From: an uncultured Verrucomicrobiae bacterium
GTDB taxonomy: Bacteria; Verrucomicrobiota; Verrucomicrobiia; Chthoniobacterales; UBA10450
Assembly: GCA_963814965.1 (NCBI GenBank)
Contig: CAWFFA010000021.1
Coordinates: forward strand, 15,793-47,792
Length of the DNA: 32,000 bases
Direction: 5' to 3'
In this document: one piece after another, positions 7,490-15,188 of the stretch
Position numbering within the stretch: position 1 is the first letter of the stretch
Layout of the letters: every line of letters begins with the position of its first letter
Notes under the pieces: model-generated
What the model saw: the letters and a program-made list of their open reading frames with translations, nothing else
What the model was told of the DNA's origin: nothing
The model's database searches: none
Made by a program: the position numbers and the translations under genes

Positions 7490-9313
7490 TCACGCCTTTT
7501 TCTTCGCGACGTAATCGTTGACCTGTTCTTCGAGAATTTCGAGCGGCAACGATCCGTTTTTGAGCATCGTGTCGTGGAATTCGCGCTGATCGAACTTGTC
7601 CCCAAGCTCCTGCTGCGCGCGGGTGCGCAATTCCTGGATCTTCAACATTCCAACTTTATACGCACAGGCCTGACCTGGATTCACGATGTAGCGTTCGATC
7701 TCCGCCTTCACTTCTTTTTCGCCGATGCCAGTCTTGTCGCGCATATAAGCGATCGCCTGTTCCCGGGTCCAATGTTTGGCGTGAATTCCCGTATCGACGA
7801 CCAATCGCACGGCGCGCAACATTTCGTCACGCAAACGGCCGAGATCGCCGAACTGATCGTTGTCGTACCAACCGGCCTGCTTGGCCAGCCATTCGCAATA
7901 GAGCGCCCAGCCCTCGGCATAGGCTGTGAACGGAAGGACTTTGCGAAATTGCGGAACGCCTTTGAGTTCCTGTGCGATCGAAATTTGCCAGTGATGTCCC
8001 GGGACGCCTTCATGATAGGCGAGCGTCGGCATGCTCCATTTCGGGACTTCATTCATGTCGCGCAGGTTCGCGTAAAAAATTCCGGGTCGCGATCCGTCCA
8101 TCGAACCGCCTTGATAATATGCGCCCGGGGCAGTCGCCTCCTTGAATGGTTCCACTCGGCGGATGTCGAGCTGAGCTTTTGGCGCGATGTAAAACAGATG
8201 CGCTTTCGATTCCGCAACCGCGTGATCGATTAAGCGTTTGTATTCCGCCAGCGCTTCGGCGCGGCCTTTGTCGTCGTTGGAGTAAAGAAAACGCGGATCC
8301 TTGCCGAGCTTGTCGATCGTCGGGCCAATCGGCTGACCAGCGAAACCGTTTGCATCCAGAATGGTCCGTATCTCAGCCTCAATCCGAGTTACTTCGCGCA
8401 ACCCGAGGTCGTGAACTTCGTTCGGCGGCATGTTCGTCGTCGTGTTGGAGCGCAGTACGTAGGCATAAAACGCATCGCCGTCCGGCAATTTCCAAACGCC
8501 ATCGTCGGTGGTCGTTTTGGGAAGTAGTTCCTGGAAATACGCGATCAACTTTTGGTAGGCGGGATAAACGTGGCTTGCGATGGATGCTTCGACGCGCTTC
8601 TGAAAATCAGCGCGCTGCTGGTCGTTTAGCTTGTTAATTTTGGTCGCGCGTTCCTTGAACGAGGTGGCGAGAATGTTTTCACCCGGCGGCTTGGCGACGA
8701 ATTCGCTCATTTCCTTGAGCACTTCCTCAACCACGAACCGCGGCGGTGTGATCTGCTTCTGCTCGCGCAATCTCAGGCCTTCGAGCGTTTGATCGAACTT
8801 CGTTGGCAATGCGTCGAGCCGCATGATGTAATACTCGCAGTCCTTCGCATCGAAGAGCCGATGAGTGTTCGCCATGAACGAGGGGTATTGGTTTTGCACG
8901 CCGAAGAGCTGGTTGACCGGATAGTCGTGGAACTGCCACTTCTCGCCATCGGCCTGGTCTTGGAGAAACCATTCGAGCACGTGAGTGGAGAGTTTTTGCG
9001 ACGGCGTTTGCTTCTCCAGGGGATACTCGTGCAATTGCTGGAGATCCTTTTTCCAACGGTCGATCTGCTTCTGCTGGTGCGCGGGCGACTCATCGCTCAG
9101 CTTTCCGTTGTGGCTGGTGAACCCAAATTGCTCGACCAGTCCAAGCTGTGAGAGCAATTCCGGTTCGCTGAAGATCGTTTCCGCAAAAACCTTTTCGTAA
9201 AAGAGATTGAGGCTCCACGGCCGGAACCAGATCAGGTTGATGAGGAAAACCGCGAGGACAACGATCAGGATCAGGATGATTCCTCCCAGCCACTTCAGGA
9301 TGCGTTTAAACAT
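7490..9313 (-). CDS. DUF885 family protein (metallopeptidase-like), membrane-anchored
   Basis: The 607-aa ORF has the N-terminal TM segment GGIILILIVVLAVFLINLIWF and the motif YHEGVPGHHWQ, which is typical of DUF885. Confidence 0.8.
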   Translation of the reverse strand: MFKRILKWLGGIILILIVVLAVFLINLIWFRPWSLNLFYEKVFAETIFSEPELLSQLGLVEQFGFTSHNGKLSDESPAHQQKQIDRWKKDLQQLHEYPLEKQTPSQKLSTHVLEWFLQDQADGEKWQFHDYPVNQLFGVQNQYPSFMANTHRLFDAKDCEYYIMRLDALPTKFDQTLEGLRLREQKQITPPRFVVEEVLKEMSEFVAKPPGENILATSFKERATKINKLNDQQRADFQKRVEASIASHVYPAYQKLIAYFQELLPKTTTDDGVWKLPDGDAFYAYVLRSNTTTNMPPNEVHDLGLREVTRIEAEIRTILDANGFAGQPIGPTIDKLGKDPRFLYSNDDKGRAEALAEYKRLIDHAVAESKAHLFYIAPKAQLDIRRVEPFKEATAPGAYYQGGSMDGSRPGIFYANLRDMNEVPKWSMPTLAYHEGVPGHHWQISIAQELKGVPQFRKVLPFTAYAEGWALYCEWLAKQAGWYDNDQFGDLGRLRDEMLRAVRLVVDTGIHAKHWTREQAIAYMRDKTGIGEKEVKAEIERYIVNPGQACAYKVGMLKIQELRTRAQQELGDKFDQREFHDTMLKNGSLPLEILEEQVNDYVAKKKA

Positions 9314-9377
9314 GGGACTCCTTAGGATTGAGATGCAGCAGCAAGCCTCTTGGATTCAAGATGTTTGCTCAATGACA

Positions 9378-9514
9378 ATAGCCCAGCGTTTTAACGCTGG
9401 GTTCGCAAATGCGCAACCAATCAGTCCCGCCCAGGGACGAAAGAGACTTTCTGTCGTCCCGCTGGGACTCGGGCGTGTTCCTTGTGGAAACCCAGCACTG
9501 ACGTGCTGGGCTAC
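9378..9514. repeat. 137-bp REPIN-like doublet, copy A
   Basis: The termini are ATAGCCCAGCG-ttttaa-CGCTGGG and, on the reverse complement, GTAGCCCAGCAC-gtca-GTGCTGGG. There is a central hairpin, GGGACGA...TCGTCCC. The architecture and length match 18795-18931. Confidence 0.65.
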
Positions 9515-9560
9515 TTTCGGGTTGTTTGCTCCAACACAATCTCTAATAGACATTCTGTAA

Positions 9561-10439
9561 ATGAAAAGGCGGTCGCGACATCACGTTGCCATCCGGTCCG
9601 GCCAGGTCGAGTTCGTGAAGGTCAATACGGACGCCGGGAAATGGCGCGACGTTTATCGTTGGTTGCTCGGCCTGAGCTGGCCGGAGTTCGCCGCTTTCGT
9701 TTCGATTATTTACGTCGCTCTCAATCTGGTTTTTGCGGTTTTCTACAGCCTGGATCGCAACAGCATCGCCGGGACGACGATGTCGGAATGGTTTCTAGAT
9801 TGTTTTTTCTTCAGCGTCCAAACCCTGGCTACGGTGGGTTACGGGCACATCTATCCCCAAAACATTTACGGCCACGTCGTGAGTACCGTCGAAATCATGA
9901 CCGGTGTTTTCCTGCTCGCAGTAATGACCGGCCTCATCTTCGTGCGTTTCTCGCGGCCGGTTGCCCGGGTTGTGTTTAGCCGATCAATCGTGATCGGTCC
10001 CTTGAACGGCAAACCCACGTTAATGGTTCGGGTTGGAAACGAAAACCACCACAGCATGGTCGAAGCAAAGTTTCGGATCATGTACACCCGCGACCAGCAA
10101 CTGGTCGAGGGCGGCGATTTCAGATACTTTCACGATCTCAAACTCCATTTCGCCCAGCTCACCGTCTTTCCCGCCGCGTTAACCCTTCGTCACGAGATCG
10201 ACGAGAACAGTCCGCTTTTCGGCGCGACACCCGAATCGCTCGAGACGGAGCGCGCGCTTTTCTTCGTCTCGGTGGTGGGAATCGATCCGGTGATCGCCGC
10301 CGAAGTGCAAACTCAAAAGGATTACACCTTTCGCGACGTGAAATTCGGCCACCGATTCGTCGAGATTTACACTGCACACGGCGGCGGCAGGCTAACCGTG
10401 GATTACGGTCGCCTGCACGACACTGAGCCGGTCGGGTAG
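9561..10439 (+). CDS. Inward-rectifier-type K+ channel (KirBac family)
   Basis: The selectivity filter is TLATVGYG. The two-TM pore module is followed by a Kir C-terminal beta-rich domain (GKPTLMVRVGN ... FHDLKL), which resembles KirBac1.1 throughout. Confidence 0.9.
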   Translation: MKRRSRHHVAIRSGQVEFVKVNTDAGKWRDVYRWLLGLSWPEFAAFVSIIYVALNLVFAVFYSLDRNSIAGTTMSEWFLDCFFFSVQTLATVGYGHIYPQNIYGHVVSTVEIMTGVFLLAVMTGLIFVRFSRPVARVVFSRSIVIGPLNGKPTLMVRVGNENHHSMVEAKFRIMYTRDQQLVEGGDFRYFHDLKLHFAQLTVFPAALTLRHEIDENSPLFGATPESLETERALFFVSVVGIDPVIAAEVQTQKDYTFRDVKFGHRFVEIYTAHGGGRLTVDYGRLHDTEPVG

Positions 10440-10445
10440 GGACGC

Positions 10446-10595
10446 CTATTTACCGATCAGGATGAAAACACCGGCGAGAACTGCCAGGATACCCATGAGC
10501 ACACTGGGAATCACGAGCGCAAACAATAGCCCCACGCCCGCCAGTATTAGATAAACGGCCAGCAACAGCATTCCGATATTTTTGGTGAAGTTCAT
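10446..10595 (-). CDS. Small (49 aa) two-TM hydrophobic protein, paralog of 4304-4462
   Basis: My own translation is MNFTKNIGMLLLAVYLILAGVGLLFALVIPSVLMGILAVLAGVFILIGK. Confidence 0.5.
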   Translation of the reverse strand: MNFTKNIGMLLLAVYLILAGVGLLFALVIPSVLMGILAVLAGVFILIGK

Positions 10596-10685
10596 GAATC
10601 AGCCTTTCGTTAGGTGAGGTTGTCGATCTTTCACGGGGCGAAGGATTTGTCACGATGATTTTCAGCATCTATTCTCGCCACGACC

Positions 10686-11342
10686 GTGACCGAGCAGCAC
10701 CACGTCGACAAACCCGAACCGCGCTGGCAGGCGTTGCTCGCTTTTCTTGCCATCGGCGGGATCTACCTCGCGCTCCCGCGGAATCTGGTTTTCGGCCCGA
10801 TTTGGTTGTTGCCGACGATCATTGTGGTGTTGCTCGTTCCGACCGTGGTGAGCCATCGCACCGGTAAGGCTTCGCTCAATCGCGCTCTCGGCAATCTGAT
10901 CAACGGAATCACTACGCTCGCATTGATCGGCTCGGTCGCGTTGCTGGTGCGCGCGTTGCCCTCGCACCAGGAATCGCCGCTTCGGCTGTTATTCTCCGGC
11001 GGATTGCTCTGGTTGACCAACGTCATCGTCTTCGCACTCTGGTATTGGCGACTCGATGGCGGCGGAGCGACCAGGCGCCACGAAGAAAACAAATTCGGGA
11101 GCACCAGCTTTCTTTTTCCTCAAATGCAAATCCCCCACGACGAGCGCGCTCAATTTGCCTGCACCGGCTGGCGTCCGCGATTTGTCGATTACCTCTTCGT
11201 CGCCTTCACTCAAAGCTCAACCTTTGGCCCGACCGACGCGCCATTGCTCGCGCGCTGGACCAAAATATTCGCGATGATCCAGATTTTTATCTCGCTCAGC
11301 ATCGTGATCCTTCTCATCTCGCGCGCCGTCGGCGTCCTCTGA
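10686..11342 (+). CDS. Integral membrane protein, DUF1345-like
   Basis: The 218-aa ORF has a GTG start and multiple TM segments. The segment DYLFVAFTQSSTFGPTD resembles DUF1345, from memory. Confidence 0.55.
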   Translation: MTEQHHVDKPEPRWQALLAFLAIGGIYLALPRNLVFGPIWLLPTIIVVLLVPTVVSHRTGKASLNRALGNLINGITTLALIGSVALLVRALPSHQESPLRLLFSGGLLWLTNVIVFALWYWRLDGGGATRRHEENKFGSTSFLFPQMQIPHDERAQFACTGWRPRFVDYLFVAFTQSSTFGPTDAPLLARWTKIFAMIQIFISLSIVILLISRAVGVL

Positions 11343-11368
11343 TTAGGAAAACCCAGAAGACTCGAATT

Positions 11369-11458
11369 AGGAAAGCAGGAACTCAGGAATGCCAAGAAAG
11401 TTTGAAAAGCGGAATTCTTATTCCTGTTTTATTTTTCCTGCTTTCCTGCGTTCCTGAT
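11369..11458. repeat. Inverted pair of octamer micro-arrays: (AGGAAnnn)x3 and (TTCCTGnn)x3
   Basis: Positions 11369-11392 read AGGAAAGC AGGAACTC AGGAATGC. Positions 11435-11458 read TTCCTGCT TTCCTGCG TTCCTGAT. Extra single units lie at 11344 and 11421. Confidence 0.6.
11411..11436 (+). terminator. Weak intrinsic-terminator-like hairpin after the DUF1345 gene
   Basis: The hairpin GGAAT-tctt-ATTCC is followed by TGTTTTATTTTT. The stem is only 5 bp. Confidence 0.3.
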
Positions 11459-11470
11459 TAAATTTACCTG

Positions 11471-12169
11471 ATGAACATCTGGGTTGGCACTTCCGGCTTC
11501 CAATACACCGAATGGAAGGGAAACTTTTATCCGGAGGGTTTGTCGACTGCAAAGATGCTGCCCTATTACGCCGAACGATTTTCGACCACGGAGATCAATT
11601 ACACATTTCACCGGATTCCGGCGCCGAAGACGATCGACAATTGGAAAGCGCAAACGCCGGCAAAATTTCGATTCGCGCTCAAAGCGCCGCAAAAGATCAC
11701 GCACTGGTCGAAGCTGAAAGATTGCGCCGATACGCTGGAATATTTTTGCAAAGTTGTGAGCGGGTTGGGGGACCGATTGGGGCCGGTGCTGTTTCAACTG
11801 CCGCCGACTTTTAAAAAAGACGCCGACGTCCTGAGTTTTTTTCTTCGCGAGTTTCCTGATATGCGGGCAGCGTTCGAGTTTCGACACGACTCCTGGTTCG
11901 ACGACGAAATCTTCGAGCTCCTGAAGTCGCGAAACATTTCTCTGTGCATCGCCGATACCGACGATCTCGCGACGCCGAAGAAACTCACTGCGGACTACGG
12001 TTATCTGCGTTTGCGCCGCGAAGATTATCAGAAAAAGGATGTTGTAAGCTGGTCAAAGTTCGTCACCGAGCAAAAAGCGAATTGGAAAGACGCCTTCGTC
12101 TATTTCAAACACGAAGAAAGCGGCATCGGCCCGAAGCTCGCCAAACAAATGATGGATTTGGTAGCGTAA
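11471..12169 (+). CDS. DUF72 (YecE-like) family protein
   Basis: The N-terminus IWVGTSGFQYTEWKGNFYP ... YYAERFSTTEINYTFH is typical of DUF72. Confidence 0.85.
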   Translation: MNIWVGTSGFQYTEWKGNFYPEGLSTAKMLPYYAERFSTTEINYTFHRIPAPKTIDNWKAQTPAKFRFALKAPQKITHWSKLKDCADTLEYFCKVVSGLGDRLGPVLFQLPPTFKKDADVLSFFLREFPDMRAAFEFRHDSWFDDEIFELLKSRNISLCIADTDDLATPKKLTADYGYLRLRREDYQKKDVVSWSKFVTEQKANWKDAFVYFKHEESGIGPKLAKQMMDLVA

Positions 12170-12186
12170 GCCGAACCGATCAACCC

Positions 12187-12655
12187 ATGCCGCCACGTGC
12201 AAATTTCCTCTGTCGCTTCATCCTCGGACTGAGCGGACTCGTGTTGTTCGTCGGAAACATTTCCGCGCAAAAAGTCGGTGATCCAGTGGGTCACTTGCCC
12301 ATGAAGAAGTATGACGATATGACCGGTGCGTTAGTGACATCCGGAACTATCGTGGCACTCGATCGGCCAGGTTTGCGCTTGTTTATGAAATGTGACAAAC
12401 CATTTTGGGGACCTCTCCGCACCGGAAGCGATTCCGTCTGTACTCTGGCCCACTGTCGTGCAACTTGCAGTTTGGGTGAAAGCAGCCCCGATGACGATGG
12501 ATGGAAAAAAAGCGCATTTTGACGACCTCGCCGTCGGCCAAAGGGTTGGTGTCCAGTATATCATGCACTGGGTCAGTTATGGGTGGGTTGACGGTCTTCA
12601 CTGCTTTGCCCGCCGCGTCGATATCGTTAGTGCCCCAACCAAGATCGGAAAGTAA
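12187..12655 (+). pseudogene. Small exported protein, apparently frameshifted
   Basis: The signal-peptide frame (MPPRANFLCRFILGLSGLVLFVGNISAQK, stop at 12522) overlaps a second frame. That second frame opens at 12392 directly after a TGA and encodes a more protein-like body (VVQLAVWVKAAPMTMDGKKAHFDDLAVGQRVGVQY), ending at 12655. Confidence 0.4.
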
Positions 12656-12716
12656 GGATTCCGGAAATTCGTTCCGATTTTTCCCAAAGCTGGCGAAACA
12701 AATAATAGATTTTATT

Positions 12717-12800
12717 CTGTCATGTTGAGCGAAGCGAAACCTCTCTGATTGTTTCCGAGTCAAAAAGTTCAGAGATTCTTCGCTTCACTCAGAATGACAG
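12717..12800. repeat. Palindromic element: 31-nt inverted arms with a 22-nt spacer
   Basis: The left arm is CTGTCATGTTGAGCGAAGCGAAACCTCTCTG. The reverse complement of the right arm is CTGTCATTCTGAGTGAAGCGAAGAATCTCTG. The two match at 25 of 31 positions. Confidence 0.55.
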
Positions 12801-12838
12801 GACTGACCGATTACGAACCCTCTTCACGCCGGCCGATT

Positions 12839-13444
12839 ATGGGAGTGTTTCGCCAGACGGCAAACGCGGCGACGCGGTTCTGCGTGCGGAATAGAATTGG
12901 TCCGGACACGATTTCATATTCGTCGATTGTCGCGGCGCTGATTGCGGCGGTTTGTTTTTGGAAGTCGGGCGAAACGCGCTGGCTGCTAATTATCGCCCCG
13001 CTGTTGTGCTACTTGCGGCTCTGGTTCAACATGCTTGACGGTATGGTCGCAGTCGCCGCGAACAAGGCGAGCCGGCGTGGCGAAATTTTCAACGACCTGC
13101 CTGACCGCGTTTCCGACATTGTTATTTTCGTCGGGATCGCACACAGCGGCCTAATGAATCTCGTTTTTGGTTATTGGGCGGCGGTTTTATCCATCCTCAC
13201 AGCCTATGTTGGGCTTTTCGGGCAAGCGCTCGGTGTTCAACGCGAGTTTGGCGGAATGATGTCGAAACCGTGGCGTATGGTTGCGCTCGGCATTGGCGCG
13301 TGGCTCACTTATTTTGCCGGCCAGCGATCAATCACGCATTTCACAATCCTGGACTGGACCTGTCTTGTTGTCATCATCGGCTGCGTACAAACAATCGTTG
13401 TGCGCTTGAAACGAATCACTGCTGCGCTGCAAGATAAACGGTGA
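12839..13444 (+). CDS. CDP-alcohol phosphatidyltransferase family protein with a non-canonical signature
   Basis: It is a multi-TM protein containing NMLDGMVAVAANKASRRGEIFNDLPDRVSD, which aligns with D-x2-DG-x2-AR-x8-G-x3-D-x3-D. The track start at 12749 lies inside the palindromic repeat, so I prefer the ATG at 12839 (12794 is also possible). Confidence 0.75.
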   Translation: MGVFRQTANAATRFCVRNRIGPDTISYSSIVAALIAAVCFWKSGETRWLLIIAPLLCYLRLWFNMLDGMVAVAANKASRRGEIFNDLPDRVSDIVIFVGIAHSGLMNLVFGYWAAVLSILTAYVGLFGQALGVQREFGGMMSKPWRMVALGIGAWLTYFAGQRSITHFTILDWTCLVVIIGCVQTIVVRLKRITAALQDKR

Positions 13445-14397
13445 TGTCGCCGCAGAATGCACTGCACGATCCAGTCTTCCGCGCCTATTTCGTAATCGTC
13501 CTTATCTCACTCGTAGCCGGCGGCGGGGTCCTAGCGTTCGTGCGGTTCATTTTGAAACGCGAAACCACGGCGATGTTCAAGACGTATTGGTCCTGGATCC
13601 TCATGGCCGGGATCGGTCTGCTCGTCGTTTTTCTCGGACGCATTCCAACGATCGTTGGCGTCACGTTGCTTGCGATTTTTGCATTCAAGGAATTCGCGCG
13701 CGCGTCGGGTTTGTATCGGGATTGGTGGATGACCGGCGCGGGTTACGCCGGCATTGTCGCGGTTGGAGTTGCCTCCCTGATTTCGCATCCGCGCGGCGAA
13801 GAACCGGGCACCGGATGGTACGGATTGTTTGTCGCGGTGCCCGTATTTGCGATCGCTCTCATCCTGTTAATTCCAATTCTGCGCAATCGGGCCCGCGGAG
13901 AATTGCAACGAATGTCGCTGGCGATTGTCGGATTCATCTACATGGGCTGGATGTTCGGGCACCTAGGGTTTCTGGCGAACGCGCGCAATGCCTACGGCTT
14001 TGTCTGCTTCATCATTTTCGCGACCGGCCTGTGCGACGTTGCGGCCTTCACGTTCGGCAAAATTTTCGGGCGCCATCCATTGCGAAGCGAAATCAGCCCG
14101 AACAAAACCTGGGAAGGTGCAATCGGTGCATTTTGTGTAGCGATGGTTCTCCCATGGTTGCTGCGATTCTCGTTTCCATTCTTCGGCGTGCGCGATCTCA
14201 TCCTTACCGGCTTGATCGTTGGAATCGGCGGACAACTGGGCGATCTTTCCATCAGCGTGATCAAGCGCGACATCGGCACCAAAGACATGGCCGCGACGAT
14301 TCCAGGTCACGGCGGTATTCTCGATCGGATCGACAGTTTGATTTACGCCGCGCCGCTGTTCATGCACATGGCCGGCTATTATCATCCGCTGCGATGA
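13444..14397 (+). CDS. cdsA: Phosphatidate cytidylyltransferase (CDP-diacylglycerol synthase family)
   Basis: It has the C-terminal signature SVIKRDIGTKDMAATIPGHGGILDRIDS and the segment SPNKTWEGAIGA. The ATG overlaps the upstream stop (TGATG). Confidence 0.9.
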   Translation: MSPQNALHDPVFRAYFVIVLISLVAGGGVLAFVRFILKRETTAMFKTYWSWILMAGIGLLVVFLGRIPTIVGVTLLAIFAFKEFARASGLYRDWWMTGAGYAGIVAVGVASLISHPRGEEPGTGWYGLFVAVPVFAIALILLIPILRNRARGELQRMSLAIVGFIYMGWMFGHLGFLANARNAYGFVCFIIFATGLCDVAAFTFGKIFGRHPLRSEISPNKTWEGAIGAFCVAMVLPWLLRFSFPFFGVRDLILTGLIVGIGGQLGDLSISVIKRDIGTKDMAATIPGHGGILDRIDSLIYAAPLFMHMAGYYHPLR

Positions 14398-15188
14398 AAC
14401 GGTGGCGCTACGACTCCGCACGCGACCTGGATCAGGCGCCAATCGATCGGTTGCGGCAGTTTCCGCGCCAACCGGACATGCTCGTTTACGGATTGCGTTC
14501 GATCTGTGCCTTGATCATTCGCGGATTGCTACGCATTTACAATCGTTTCGAAATCATCGGTCACGAAAATCTGCGCACCAATCGTTCGCTTGTTGTGGTG
14601 GCGAATCACTGCAGTCATCTCGACACTCTTTGCCTTTTGGCGGCTCTACCGTTGCGGAAATTGCATCGCGCGTTTCCGGTGGCCGCATCGGACTATTTTT
14701 TTCAACGTGTTCCGCGACTCTGGGCCGCCGCAGTGCTGGTGAATGCGCTACCGTTCGGGCGGCATAGCCGGACTCGAAAGAGTCTGACCATTTGCAGCGA
14801 ACTTCTGGCCAACCCGGGAACGATTCTCATCATTTTTCCCGAAGGAACGCGTTCCACCACCGGCGAGATCAATGAATTCAAATCTGGCATTGGCGCACTC
14901 GTCGCTGGCACGGACGTCGCGGTCGTGCCTTGTTTCATCGACGGTTCGTTTCGAGCCTGGCCGAAAGGCAACCGCCTGCCGCGACCGCGAAAACTTCGAT
15001 TAATCGTGGGCCAGCCACGGAATTATCACTCTCGTAGCACAGACAAAGTGGAACTCACGACGATCGCTAACGAACTGCGCGATGCTGTGATCGCGTTGGG
15101 CGAAGGTGGAACGCGAATCTCCGAGCGCGTTGCTAAAAAGAATGCGGCTGCGCCGCCTGACTTAACATCGTCTTCCGATCCACCATGA
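14394..15188 (+). CDS. Lysophospholipid (1-acyl-glycerol-3-phosphate-type) acyltransferase, PlsC family
   Basis: It has the H-x4-D motif NHCSHLD and the block FPEGTRS. The start forms an ATGA overlap with the cdsA stop. The upstream part of track ORF 13587-15188 is an out-of-frame read through cdsA. Confidence 0.9.
   Translation: MKRWRYDSARDLDQAPIDRLRQFPRQPDMLVYGLRSICALIIRGLLRIYNRFEIIGHENLRTNRSLVVVANHCSHLDTLCLLAALPLRKLHRAFPVAASDYFFQRVPRLWAAAVLVNALPFGRHSRTRKSLTICSELLANPGTILIIFPEGTRSTTGEINEFKSGIGALVAGTDVAVVPCFIDGSFRAWPKGNRLPRPRKLRLIVGQPRNYHSRSTDKVELTTIANELRDAVIALGEGGTRISERVAKKNAAAPPDLTSSSDPP

Noticed and set aside
13587-14393. This is the upstream 269 codons of the 533-aa track ORF 13587-15188, which overlaps cdsA in another frame.
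   Set aside because: The translation is Arg/Ser-rich low-complexity sequence typical of an off-frame read of a GC-rich gene. cdsA in the other frame has textbook motifs. The acyltransferase clearly begins at the ATG at 14394, which overlaps the cdsA stop.
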